A stretch of 64,000 nucleotides of DNA from the human T2T-CHM13v2.0 reference genome, Homo sapiens (GCF_009914755.1 NC_060933.1), one strand, 5' to 3'. Shown: positions 13,387 through 25,666, numbered from the stretch's first letter. Notes: a model not told the origin generated them from the sequence alone. Made by a program: numbers and translations.

Positions 13387-13671
13387 TTTTTTTTTTGAAA
13401 AAGCTCTGTCACCAGGCTGGAGTGCAGTGGCGCGATCTAGGCTCACAACAACTTGTGTCCGCCTCCTGGGTTCAAGCGATTCTCGTGCCTCAGCCTTCTG
13501 AGTAGCTGGGATTACAGGCATGCATCACCACACCCAGCTAATTTTTGTATTTTAGTAGACGGGGTTTCGCCATGTTGGAACCAGGATATTCTCCATCTCC
13601 TGACCTCCTGATCTGCCCACCTTGGCCTCCCAAAGTGCTGGGATTACAGGCATGAGCCACCGTGCCTGGCT
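13387..13671 (-). mobile_element. Alu (S-like)
   Basis: PolyT followed by an antisense Alu dimer ending GAGCCACCGTGCCTGGC; TGAAAAT on both flanks. Confidence 0.95.
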
Positions 13672-13839
13672 GAAAATACTTTTTTAAGACCTAGTACCAG
13701 ACTTCTTTAGAGAAGTAATTACTAGTTTTTAGGAAAAGTGACTTTGAATAGAGAATGTGAGCTCTGTAAGGAAGGCTCAGGAGGAGCAAAACAAAGATCA
13801 CTGATGTTCTTCACGAAAAGTAAATGAGACGACCTCCTC

Positions 13840-14720
13840 CAACATGGTCGACTGAGCTTTCCTTTATAAACTCATAGAAATAATGGATAAAATATAATTA
13901 TTGTTCTATAAACCATATACAACCGTAAAAACAAAAAACAGCAAAAAGGAAATTCTCAGTGCCTGAAATAAATTTTAAAAATTGAAGAGCAGAAAGCAGA
14001 ACAGATACTGCGGTAGCCCTCCAAAATTTTATACTTGGCTATATGCCTCAGGAGCCAGTAGTTGAGTTTTAATGTCCAAGCACAAGGCTGAGCTTTGATG
14101 AGGCAGGTGAGCTGGAACTAAGCCCTTATGTAAAACCTGGAGCCTTAGGAATAGCCAGCTACCGGAACTGGAAAAAGGCAATCTACTAGTTTGGGGAAGC
14201 GATAAAGAAGTTTGTTCTTTGGGGCTTTGGATAGGGTGGGAAAAAAAAAACATAAGGTACCTATGAGAAATCAAAACTGCAGCCCTGCAACAGATCTAAA
14301 TATACAATATTTGCATAATTCAGGAGCCACAAACTGAGAAATTATCATTTGAAAATGCTTCAGATCTTTAAGAGCTACGGTATGCTGGCAGAAGCAAATG
14401 CATAATTGTCTAAAGGGACTCTTTTGCAACTAAGGGTGTAAGAGAGTCCCATAAACAAAACCATCCCACTGAAGAAGAGCACCACATGAGGAAATAAATC
14501 ACTGAGTAAGAGTCAGTGGAGGTCGTAAACAAGAGTTAGGAACTGAAAAGCTAAAAATAACAGAACAGAAAAGAAGATAAAATAAAGACATATAACTTGA
14601 TTAAAAGGACAAAATAATAGAAATCATAATGAAAGAAGAGGCAGAATTCACAAAGAACCAAACAGAACATGTATTTTAGAAAACAATATTGTCACTGACA
14701 TTAAAATGAATGGGTCTAAC
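13840..14720 (+). mobile_element. Ancient L1M 5'/ORF1-region fragment
   Basis: A-rich strand bias and L1M-like motifs (AAAGAACCAAACAGAA..., AATGAATGGG..AAC); boundaries approximate. Confidence 0.4.
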
Positions 14721-14866
14721 CAGTCCCACTGGGTGAATGAATATAATAACCTCCTTTTCTATTCCTCATTTTAAATTATACTTAGCTGTGTTTCTTTGCA
14801 AGTTTGTCAAACAGGTTATATTCGGTGAACCCACAGTTCAAATAATATGGCGTTAGAAATAAAATA

Positions 14867-15204
14867 CAGTCATGCGTTGCCTAACGACGAGATACGTTCT
14901 GAGAAACGCCTCATTAGGCAATTTCATTGTTGTGCAAACATCATAAAGTATACTTAACACAAACCTACATATTATAGCCTTATGATTCTAGACTACAAAC
15001 TTTTATAGCATATTACTGTACTGAATAATGTAGGTAACTATAACACAATGTTGTGTTTGTGTTTCTAAACAGAAAGGGTAGTATGTTGCACTACGATGTT
15101 ACAACATCACTAAGCAACAGGAATTTTTCAGCTCCATTATAATCTTAAGGGACCACAGTCACATAATGTAATCAGACATTGAAATATTATGTGGTGCACG
15201 AGTG
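14867..15204 (+). mobile_element. Tigger3-type (TcMar) MITE
   Basis: TA|CAGTCATGCGTTGCCTAACGACG..ATACGTTCTGAGAAA start and a degenerate inverted end ..TGCACGAGTG|TA. Confidence 0.75.
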
Positions 15205-15224
15205 TATTCAAAAAGTGCTGCCAG

Positions 15225-15274
15225 GCCACTGCCCTCCAGCCTGAGACAGAGTGAGACTCCTTCTCTGAAAAAAT
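15225..15274 (+). mobile_element. Severely 5'-truncated Alu (last ~50 nt)
   Basis: GCCACTGCCCTCCAGCCTGAGACAGAGTGAGACTCC plus A-tail; TSD AAAAGTGCTGC(C/T)AG at 15211-15224 and 15275-15288. Confidence 0.85.
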
Positions 15275-16560
15275 AAAAGTGCTGCTAGTCAATCCAATGT
15301 AAAAATATAAACTTCCTGTCATTATCAATTCATTTCCTTGAACCTAAAAATAATCTCTCAACAAAATGAGTCTTCCTTACTTCTGCGGTAAAGTCCTTTC
15401 TTTTTTTCTTGTCCTTTGTTCCAAGGAGAAAGGATTCACTCGGGTCCCTGTGAGAAGAGCTTCTTTAGCACTCTAAAATTAGAAAAGTATACCCAGGAGA
15501 GAGCAGGTTCCTTCCAGTTCCCTAGGAGAGTAGAGCACCAAATATTTCTCCTAGGTCTTGCTTTGTGGTTGTATGTGTGTCCTTGCTGGTACTGATGCCT
15601 TCCATATAAGGACTCAGACTCCACTAGCTGCCAGATTTCTGCTTGAAATACTGCCCGCTAGCGTTGAAGCTTTCAAACGATTTTAATCCATGGTGATGAA
15701 GCAAGAACAGTGTTTTCTGTACACTGCATCTACCCTATACTCTCTGTTTCTACCCCTCACATCTCCAAATTAGGGGGCTTCACTGGCTTTGTGCCTTGGT
15801 TTTTTCCACTCACCTGTGTGATCTCAGGAGGCAGAGTTTCAAGTTAGTCATCAGTGATTTCCTCAAGTCCATTTGTCTTATATTTAGCAGCAATTCCTTA
15901 GTGCTTCTGGCACGCAATAAGACTAAAACTGAGAGATCTCCACCTTTATAAGCATTTTTCATTTTAATCAATGGTCTTAATGGGAGTAGTTAGATCTGCA
16001 CATTCTTCTAACCACCCAGGAGTCCTTATCCAACAACAGTGCACTTGTGTATGTTTTCATCCATGTGACGTAAGTGTATCAGCTAGTTGTTAAAGTGCAA
16101 AGACTAACAGTCTGTCTTAACACATATTTCCATACCAAAAAATCACTTTATTTCACAACTTGACAAAGTCCACATTAGGATTTGTTGGCAAATTAAAATT
16201 CTTTACTCACAAAATGATAAAAGGAAGGAGACACAGCTCAAAGTTAATGTGTAAGAGTTAACAGAATCAATACAAGTGAATAGCTGTGGAGCCCAGGGGA
16301 TGCAGGAATCAAGGCAGACAAAGATATCTGTTGAATTAAATTAATGTTAGGTCACTACCCATGGTTGACATCACAGAAGTGGATAAGCATACCAGAGTAA
16401 ATAAAGGAATCCTTTCTTAAACAAAAAACCCATACAACTTATTTTACTCCCTTATCGAGAAATATTTTCAAAATATAAGCCCATTCCTGGTAGGTTAAGA
16501 CCAATTCAGATGACTGCATTGCCATTCCAGGGCCAAGAAAGCAACTTTAAAAACATGACC

Positions 16561-16881
16561 TACGCTATGGTCTAAATGTGTCCCTCAAAATGCACATTTT
16601 GAAATCCTAACTCCCGAACTGACGGTTTTAGCAAGTGGCATCTTGGGAAGTGAGGAATGGGATTAAGGTCCTTATAAAATAGGCCCAAGGGAGGGCCTCT
16701 GCCTCTCCACCATGTGAGGACAGAGCCAGAAGGTGCTATCCACTAAAGAGAAAGCACCCCTCCCTAGACACACCTTATTCTGTGACATTCCAGCCTTCAG
16801 AAATGTGAAGAATAAACTTCTGTGGTTCATAAACTACCCAGTCTAGGATATTTTGTTATGGAAGCCCAAAAGGATCAAGCC
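16561..16881 (+). mobile_element. MLT1A-type MaLR solo LTR
   Basis: GCTATGGTCTAAATGTGTCCC start; AATAAACTTCTGTGGTT..TAAACTACCCAGTCTAGGATATTTTGTTAT end. Confidence 0.75.
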
Positions 16882-17084
16882 ATTCCAAAATAGCATTGTT
16901 GCCCACACCATCTTTTTGAACCTCACTTAGGGTAACACCATACCCATTCGGAGTTAAGCCCTTCCTAACTCTTAAGTATCAACGTGCTTGGAAACGTGAG
17001 CAATCCTGACACGTTTTTTCTTCCTAAAGAACAATACATACTAATAATAGGATCGGCTAATAATACTAGATTCTATGCATGAAG

Positions 17085-17285
17085 CCTAGTATTTAAAAGC
17101 ATGCAATCTGGAGCTAGACCGCCTGGGAACAAATCCCAGCTTACTAGACAAGCTGTTTAACCTTTTACTTGGTCTCATTTAACTCATTTGTAAAACGAGG
17201 GCAATTTCTGATTTCATAGGGTTGCTACGTGGATTTTAAAAAGCCCCTTGCAATATAGCCTAATATTCAGAACTCAATAACATGA
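17085..17285 (+). mobile_element. MIR
   Basis: CTGGAGCTAGACCGCCTGGG..CAAATCCCAGCT, CTCATTTGTAAAACGAGG, TCATAGGGTTG core motifs. Confidence 0.7.
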
Positions 17286-17399
17286 ACTGTCTTAAAAGGT
17301 TTCCAGAAAAAATCCCCAACAGGTTAGGTCGGCTTATCATTACAACGCTTTCCGGTATAAGGGAGATGAATAGCTATTTAGCACCACACAATTTCTCCT

Positions 17400-18550
17400 C
17401 TGGGCTCGGAACAGCTCTCGGTAGACTACGATCCCTTTCCGACGTGGAAACTTCAGATAAAAACGCTCCCCGAGGTCCGAGGCCAGTACGGGGCGGAGCC
17501 AGGACGCGGGCCAGAGTCCCCCGAAGGACGGTGCCTCTCTGGCCCCAACGAAGTACAGCTTTTATTTTGCAGCAATCTGAGCCAACCCGAGAAGATTCTG
17601 AAGCTTCCAAAACAGAACCGACGAGAACACTCATAGAATGCCTCTCCACTTCCTAACTGTCGCTTTGAGGAGAGAAAAGTAAGCCACAGCCAGCACCGCA
17701 GACTGGAGAAGGCGGAGTCTGCAGTGTGCCTAACGCGAACTAGAGGGACCGAGGCGGGGCGGGGCTGGCGAAGCGCGAGGACCCGGGGCCGAGGTGTGGG
17801 GCTGACCATAGAGTGCCGGACGCCGGTGTGAACATACACTATCTGCTCCTGTAGTGCCCAGGCCCCTGCCGGGGAGTCCCCGGAGCTACCATTATCAAGA
17901 CTCTCATTCTATTGCCCTGCGGCTTTAATCCTTCGAGTGTAGGGGAAAAATTGAACCCTAAAGACAGGCAGCTCCTAGGCACCAGCACAGGAAATAAGCA
18001 ATGGAGGTGGGGTCCTTTGCTCGCGCCGAAATTCAAAGGAATAAATAGTTCCGGCGCGGGTGTTGAGAGCGGTGTGGTAGGTGTTGTAGCCGCTATGGTG
18101 AAGTTCGCTTTGTAGCGGCCCCGGCTAGAGAGTTGGCCTGTTCCCTGCCTTTGTGACCCGGAGGAGCTTTTGGGGTGCGTCAAGCCCCTGGCCTGAGGCA
18201 GCGGTGAGGCGTGTGCGTGAGCACGGCCGGTTGGGCCCGGCCAGACTTCCTGGCGGGAGGCGGGAGGCGGGGCGCGGGGCGCGGGGGCTGTAGGGAGGGG
18301 GACCAGTGGCAGAGGGACCTTAGGTGATCCTTAGAAATAAAGGCTAGTTTCTGTTCGACCTTGGAGTAGGGCGAAGAGGTGTAGACAGGTCTGGAGAAGC
18401 GAGGTAAAACCCTGAGTAAAAGCAAGAAGTTGGAGAATATGAGATACATCTCATCTCTAGTAAATACTTAAATGACTTCCCCTCCTCCCGGAGTCAAGCA
18501 CAATTCGGGGATGCAGTGACGGACGTAGGTGAAGACACTGCGGGAACTTA
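17400..18550. promoter_or_regulatory. CpG island / bidirectional promoter of SMC2
   Basis: Sharp rise in GC and CpG density in otherwise CpG-depleted DNA. GC boxes GGGGCGGGGC near 17756 and GGGGCGGAGC near 17490; E2F-like/CHR/TCF element at 18022-18038. Confidence 0.9.
18040..18203 (+). other. SMC2: SMC2 non-coding exon 1 (5' UTR); start approximate
   Basis: Lies in the CpG island and ends at donor GCG|GTGAGG (GT at 18204). Next acceptor is TTCGTACAG|AAC, exon 2 starting at 19033. Confidence 0.75.
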
Positions 18551-19093
18551 CAGACAAGTAATGACCGTCTAATATCAGCTTTAAGTACCATGAAGGAAAA
18601 AGAAAGCCGAGTGAAGGAGTGACATAGGGAGGTCAGGGAGGACTCCAGTAAGGTGACATTTGAGCAAAGACGTGAGTGCAGTAGAGAGTAAGCTATGTCA
18701 GTATCAGAGAAAAGCACATTATAGGCAAAGATAATGGGATATGTAATAATCCATAGTCTTTGTTTAGGTAGAGTATGATAAAAGTAGAAGGCAAGCCTGG
18801 AAAAACGGGTAGAAGAAATAGTTAAGACTTCCCAGTTGAATGGTTTAATTTCCAGATAGTGGCTAACTCTGGTATATTTTTGAGTAGATGAACGATGTCT
18901 TTACATCAGACAAGATAGTTTGTCAAGTGGCTGTTTTATTTCTATCACCCTATCGTTGCTGTTTTTGCCTCGTGTTCATTATGATTCCAGGTTTACATTC
19001 CACTTAGGTGGTGGTATTTCTGTTTCGTACAGAACTGGTTTGTGGCCTGTTTGATTCCTGTCAGAGGTTTGCTGACCCAAGACAGTATCGAAA

Positions 19094-19261
19094 ATGCATA
19101 TTAAGTCAATTATTCTAGAGGGATTCAAGTCCTATGCTCAGAGGACCGAAGTCAATGGTTTTGACCCCCTCTTCAATGCTATCACTGGCTTAAATGGTAG
19201 TGGGAAATCCAACATATTGGACTCCATCTGCTTTTTGCTGGGCATCTCCAACCTGTCTCAG
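19094..19261 (+). CDS. SMC2: SMC2 exon 2 coding part (exon starts 19033): N-terminal head, Walker A
   Basis: [14 protein letters not shown]...[12 protein letters not shown]...LSQ; donor CAG|GTAAAG; 168 nt. Confidence 0.98.
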
Positions 19262-19856
19262 GTAAAGTGTAAACTTTCTGATTTATTTGAATTTAAGTTG
19301 GCAGGAGAATCCTCACTGAACTTTGGAGACGTCCCAATATTCTCTTCATTTGTGTTTTTATACTTTTTGTAAATTACACCTCACTGCAACCTTTTAAGGA
19401 AAGTAATATTACTCCTTTAGATGAGAAAATAGAAACTTAGAGATGTTTAGAAGTAACAGTGCCTCAAAACTCAGGCATTCTGACTGTAAAGCAGTCTCAT
19501 TCCAGAGTATTTTCAACCCTGTGTAATGATGCCTTTTCAAATCCTATTAATGGATTGAATGACTAGTGAAAATCTTTGGGACAGTATTTCCTTATATCTT
19601 GCAAAGTAACTTTTTATTAGAAAATGAATAGGAAACAATTCAATTCAGGGTTGAAAAGGTTCTGTAGAGAAAAGTGTCCATTGCAGGTTGTTGCCTATTT
19701 TCCTTGTTTTTCTTGCCAGAGGATGCAGCTGCCTAACCTTGTCTACTTAATGGACACTACGTTGGTGGGTTTTCCAACAGCAAGGGACCCATTTTTAGTG
19801 CTGCTTTGTACGGTAGGGAGTTTTGTAATTGTTACACTTTTCATATTTTATTTTAG

Positions 19857-20006
19857 GTTCGGGCTTCTAATTTACAAGATTTAGTTTACAAAAATGGGCA
19901 GGCTGGTATTACCAAAGCCTCTGTGTCAATCACTTTTGATAATTCTGACAAAAAGCAAAGTCCTTTAGGATTTGAGGTTCATGATGAAATCACAGTAACA
20001 AGGCAG
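19857..20006 (+). CDS. SMC2: SMC2 exon 3
   Basis: TTTTAG|[17 protein letters not shown]...ITVTRQ|GTGAGT; 150 nt. Confidence 0.96.
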
Positions 20007-20828
20007 GTGAGTGGCAATTAAACCTTTGGGTATCTTAAGACCTTTTATGTCTGATGTGGTTTTTGGCCCTATGCCTTTGCAAAACGTGCTAGAGAAAGTT
20101 CATGAGCAAAATTGGTGCCTTAAATTCTGACTAGATTCCTTAATGTCTTCCTTATATTAAAATCTTGATCATGCACATTCTATCACTAAGAGGATTGAAA
20201 GACAGCTGAAAAGTTATTCATCCAGTATAAGCACTCAGCTATGCTGAAATCTTAAACCATATTTGAATCTTCTTTGGTTGTTCTTGAACACCTGTGTACT
20301 TGAGATCTTTCAATCTTCTGAGATAACCCATTCTGTTTTTGGACAGGTCTTATTAGAAAGTTAACAGCTATAAGTTTTGTCAGAGTCTGCTGTCTTCAAA
20401 TTTTATTCATTAATCCTAGTCCTCTTGAGAGCACCAAGAGCAAATCTAACTTATTCCCTACTTCAGTGTTTAAGTGATGTGCAAGTATATGTGTTTTAGT
20501 TCTAAGTGAAATCTTGCCAGGTCTTTCACTTGATGTTTGTTCCTAGTTCCTTCACTTGCCTGATTATACCAAGTATGCTCCAGTTTCCCTCCCTGCTCCT
20601 GCATTCATCTATCTTTCTTTCTTTTAATGGCACCTTAGATTGGGTGTACCAAAATTGGTCTAGTTGGAGTTATTCTTTCATTTTAGATATTCTACTTTTA
20701 TTTTTCCCAGTAGAGCATTGGGGTGTTCATAATACATTGTGGATTCATATTAGATTTACTTGAAACCACTCAATTTTTTTTTAGGTGTGTTATTAATATA
20801 GTCAGGCAGTGTTTTCAGCTTGTCAAGG

Positions 20829-21114
20829 TTTTTTTTTTTTTTTTTTTTTTTCCTGAGACGGAGTCTCGCTCTGTTACCCAGGCTGGTCTCCATCTCCCGG
20901 GTTCAAGAGATTCTTCTGCCTCAGCCTCCTGAGTAGCTGGGACTACAGGTGCCCACCACCACACCCGGCTAATTTTTTTTTGTTTTTTGTATTTTTAGTA
21001 GAGACGGGATTTCGCTATGTTGGCCAGGGTGGTCTCAATCTCCTGACCTCATGATCTGCCCGCCTTGGCCTCCCAAAGTGCTAGGATTACAGGTGTGAGC
21101 CACGGCGCCTGGCC
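20829..21114 (-). mobile_element. Alu (S/Y-like) with internal deletion in the right arm, intron 3
   Basis: PolyT plus antisense Alu; CAGGCTGG joined directly to TCTCCATCTCCCGGG. Confidence 0.95.
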
Positions 21115-21474
21115 CAAGATTTTGTTTTTAAAATGTTGTCAACTCCTATTTACTGTCCATCTTACCATTTATCACTTACAGATTTTCTCCTCTATTTTAA
21201 TGGAAGCCTCTGGTTGAAAAAAAAAAAAAAAAGAAACGTAGGCCACGTTAGGACAGAATCCTGTTCCATGTCATTAGGCATCCATCAAATATTTATCCTT
21301 TAGGAACTGTCACTAAGTCTCTTACTAATAATCTACCTAATTGTTCCTGTCCTCATTCAGGCCATAAACTTGTATCTTCACCAAAATTATAAAATTTTTG
21401 TCAGAGAAGGGTCTTCAAATACATTAATATATGAACTACCAACCTAGTAGTCCTGTCAGGAAAAGAAATGAACT

Positions 21475-21660
21475 AACATTTATTCAATATTTATTAAATA
21501 GTTGATGTATATTGGGTGTTCTTGAATGTACTGGGATGTACAGTTAGAAGAATGAGAAACAGAGCTTGTCTTTAAGGACTTCAATCTGGTAGATGAGACA
21601 ATCATACCCAATAAATGACAATTTAAGTGTGATAGTAGAGTATGGTGTCTGGGATGACTT
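21475..21660 (-). mobile_element. L2 3' end fragment
   Basis: ATTTATTCAATATTTATT..., CTTTAAGGACTTCAATCTGGT..GAGACA typical of antisense L2 tail. Confidence 0.55.
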
Positions 21661-22151
21661 AATGAAACCATACTGAAGCTCCATGATTACCCTTTCTTTT
21701 AAATGGTCATAAATCATGTCTTTATTAATAGCTTTTTGAATCTTGTCAAGAATTGATACTAAGCTACTTTGTCTGACATCTATTCCTGTTGAAAAGTAGA
21801 GAAAGCCTCTAGAAAAATTACAGAAAGAAAGTAACTAGGAAAGTGTGTTTTACATATACTTGGAAACATAAAGCTAGAAGTTACCTCGGAGACCTAGTCT
21901 GGTGCAGGCCAGGGTAAGAGGCTTGTGTGTAATTACATAACTAGTTACCAAAAGTACTTGCATTAGATACTAGCTGTCCTGACTCAAGTTAGTGTTTTTG
22001 ACCATGTCATACTTGTTCCACTATTTATGCAGAATTGGTTTTGTTTACTGCTAGTCAGACAGAACAAATAAACGTAAGCTAATATACTTAGTTTATCCTA
22101 GCACAAGGTGTGCATGTACATTAATATTTAAAAAATTGCTTTCTTTTATAG

Positions 22152-22274
22152 GTGGTTATTGGTGGTAGAAATAAATATTTAATCAATGGAGTCAATGCCA
22201 ACAACACCAGAGTACAGGATCTCTTCTGTTCTGTTGGCCTTAATGTTAACAACCCTCACTTTCTCATCATGCAG
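22152..22274 (+). CDS. SMC2: SMC2 exon 4 (Q-loop)
   Basis: TATAG|[13 protein letters not shown]...PHFLIMQ|GTATTT; 123 nt. Confidence 0.96.
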
Positions 22275-23350
22275 GTATTTCGTTTGAGGTCTTTATATCA
22301 CTTTCGTAATAGTTTCGACATTTTTTACTTTTAAGCAATTAAAATAGAAGTACTTTATGTTTTGGATTTTATACTTTTTATTTACTATTGTGCCGTGTCC
22401 GGCCATCTGTTTAGAAATATGGTTTAGTTACTTGCACTGATATATTCTACTGGATTATAGACCTTTGACTCCTCTAGAATGTTTAGAAGTAATTTTTGTT
22501 GACTTTTTGTTTTGTCACTAAAAGAACAATACATGTTAACTGTAAAAAAAAAAAAAGCCATAATATATCCTTTTAAATTATTGGATTAATGCATCTTAAT
22601 ATTTCAAGTATAAAAGTTTGAGTAATTTTCTTAGAGACTCACACAAATGAGGAGTAAAGGCTGATTTTATCTTACATTTACATTACTTCATTTGACCCAT
22701 CCAGCTATCGTTTGAGAGAATTATAGTAAAGTCGATGGGAGCATCTCAGTGGGACCAAAATAAAAATATTTCCACTACACACCTTCATAGTTGAAACTTT
22801 ACTTTAAATGAATCTACATTCTAGTAATACAATTCTCTGAGACCTGGGTGTGCAGGTGTTTTGCTTTATTTGTTTTTGGTAATGAATAAATTTAATGGTT
22901 TTCTGGCATTGATGTAAAATATTGTATTTTGTTTGAGGCCTAGAAGTATGTCATCTGTTTTGTGAAATTATCCTGGAGGGTTATCATTCAAAGAAATGTT
23001 AAAAGTTTTTTAATTATGCTGAAATTTCTTTTTATATTTACCTGTTTTAAATTTGAATATTTCTACTTAATGTTAACTGTCTCAGAAACATGATCCTTGT
23101 TAACTTTGTATCATTTAATGAATTATTTCATTTGTATCATTTCATAACTTCCATAATTTGTATCACTGGTGAGAAAGTGAATAGCAAAGTTCCAAAATTC
23201 TAGAATCATAGAAGAATTATAGAGGAAAGACCCCCCCAAAGATTGGTATATTGAGATACAACAGCTTCAGTCTAGATAAACATGAATGGCAGTACAGATA
23301 AACATTTTCTGTAATTTGTTATCTTAGTAAGTTTGCTATTTTATTTTCAG

Positions 23351-23389
23351 GGCCGAATTACAAAAGTATTGAATATGAAACCTCCAGAG
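23351..23389 (+). CDS. SMC2: SMC2 exon 5
   Basis: TTTCAG|GRITKVLNMKPPE|GTAAGA; 39 nt. Confidence 0.95.
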
Positions 23390-23799
23390 GTAAGAGTACT
23401 ATTTATGGACATTAAAAATAGTTGGTATAGATATTACTTTAATCTTTCAGACAATTTTTAAATATTCTATTAAAATTTTTGGAGACATTATTTGGGAATG
23501 ATTAGTAAAGACAGTTGTATATTTGTGTAATATTTGGCACTATGCCCAAATATTAAAATTGATTTTGATTGTATAAAGGAGTCTTGCTTAGCTGGTGTTT
23601 CATGTCAGAATTCATTCCTACAGAAAAAGCCTACAGGAAAAGGTTTGTGTGAAATTACTATATTTAACCTATATGGTTCATTTGGGCCAACTTTTGGTAA
23701 GATGTTTAGTGAGGTCAAGGCAAAAATGATATATTTAATGTAAATTCCAGTTGGACACATTGTCTTGGATACTAAACATTAATAAAATTGTCATTCCAG

Positions 23800-23910
23800 A
23801 TTTTATCCATGATAGAAGAAGCAGCTGGAACCAGGATGTATGAATACAAAAAAATAGCTGCACAGAAAACTATAGAAAAAAAGGAGGCTAAGCTGAAAGA
23901 AATTAAGACG
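23800..23910 (+). CDS. SMC2: SMC2 exon 6
   Basis: TTCCAG|[15 protein letters not shown]...KEIKT|GTAATT; 111 nt. Confidence 0.95.
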
Positions 23911-24095
23911 GTAATTTAATTCATATAAAATATTTTCGGAGAAGAATGTAATTTTGCATGTAGAGTTTTTGCTGTAAAGAGGGAAAAATTTTTTTCCTTG
24001 GTTCAGTTTTCCATAGTCATCCCTGCTACTTCTCTTTCAAATAAATTTTAATGATACTTTACATGCGAAAATACTGATTTTTCTTTATTTTCCAG

Positions 24096-24140
24096 ATACT
24101 TGAAGAAGAGATTACTCCAACCATTCAAAAATTAAAAGAG
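24096..24140 (+). CDS. SMC2: SMC2 exon 7
   Basis: TTCCAG|ILEEEITPTIQKLKE|GTATAT; 45 nt. Confidence 0.95.
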
Positions 24141-24599
24141 GTATATTCTGTATATGTGAGGATAATCTATTAGAATGTCTTTCAAAGTCAGCAATGTATC
24201 CAAAATCATACACATAGTGATACTATTTCTTGGGGGTTTTTTTCCTGCGATGAGATAAGGAATTAGAGTTGGCACTCCATAACTCAGCGTTCTGCTTACA
24301 GAGGATATGCACTTATCTGCTAAGTCATAGGATATTGGAGAGTAATTTTTATAGTTTCAGAAAATGGTATGCCGAATTTTAATACTTTATTTAAGCTAAG
24401 CAAGTCTGGATTTTCCTAGTTAGTTAGCATTGACTGGAACAACATTTCTTAAAGATAAGGCACTCTTAGACATCCTCATTGAGAACAGTTTCCAGGATAA
24501 CAGGGGCTATCACTATAATTATTGCTATCAAGGTATTTTGTAAGCAAAAGGTATTGAAACAGAGGATTGGATTGTCTCTGTAATCTTTGCAGCTCCTGA

Positions 24600-24969
<370 letters not shown>

Positions 24970-25666
24970 TAGGAATTTATTAAATGCTCATTGAAATTTG
25001 GTACTACTCAGAGCTGTCTTGTGAATCCATATAGTAGTATAAATTTTACTGGAAAAATTGTAATCTTGAAGATACCCTTTTTGTATGTATGATTTAGTAG
25101 AAAACACTAGATCAGGAATTTAAACTTAGGTCCTAGACTTCATTTTGCCACAATTGCTTTCTAAATCTAACAACATGGACAGATCATTTAATCATTCTGA
25201 ATTTGTTTTTTATGTATAAATTAAGGATTTTAGTTATTACTTTGTCTGGTCCCAGTAGGTCCTTATGGGAGTCGTGTTTAGTAATGATGTAAGCGAGTGC
25301 TTGTAGTAGTGCTTCAAAGTATATTAGAGTAGGCATCTTGATACTACTACTACAGAATCCATGTAATAGTGTAACATGGTGGGTGTGTAAGCTTATGAAC
25401 CTTATGTCCATATTTCTTTGTTAAGCTCAACTACCCAAGTGTGTGTTAGAAGAAATAGCCAAATAAGATTCACTAGAGATGGTAGAATGCTATCTAAAAG
25501 TCCTGACTTCTGATGTTACGTAAAGTTTCCTACAATTTAAAATGCTATAATTGTTTAATACAGGACAAAATCTATTATGTAATGAGAAATTTGTTTCATC
25601 TTGCATAATTGAATTTTTTTTTTAATACAATTTTGAGTTATTCTTTTTTTGTGATTTCTCTTTCAG

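Larger units (their letters stand above)
8700..17750 (-). ncRNA. SMC2-DT: Probable divergent lncRNA (SMC2-DT/SMC2-AS1); extent and exons cannot be determined from sequence
   Basis: Recall of the human locus annotation, plus the CpG island and consensus minus-strand splice signals (e.g. CAG|GTGAGT at 15816-15808). Coordinates are a placeholder. Confidence 0.3.

Noticed and set aside
17282-18449. Several overlapping 67-128 aa ORFs on both strands
   Set aside because: Expected from stop-codon scarcity in a GC-rich CpG island; no recognisable domains
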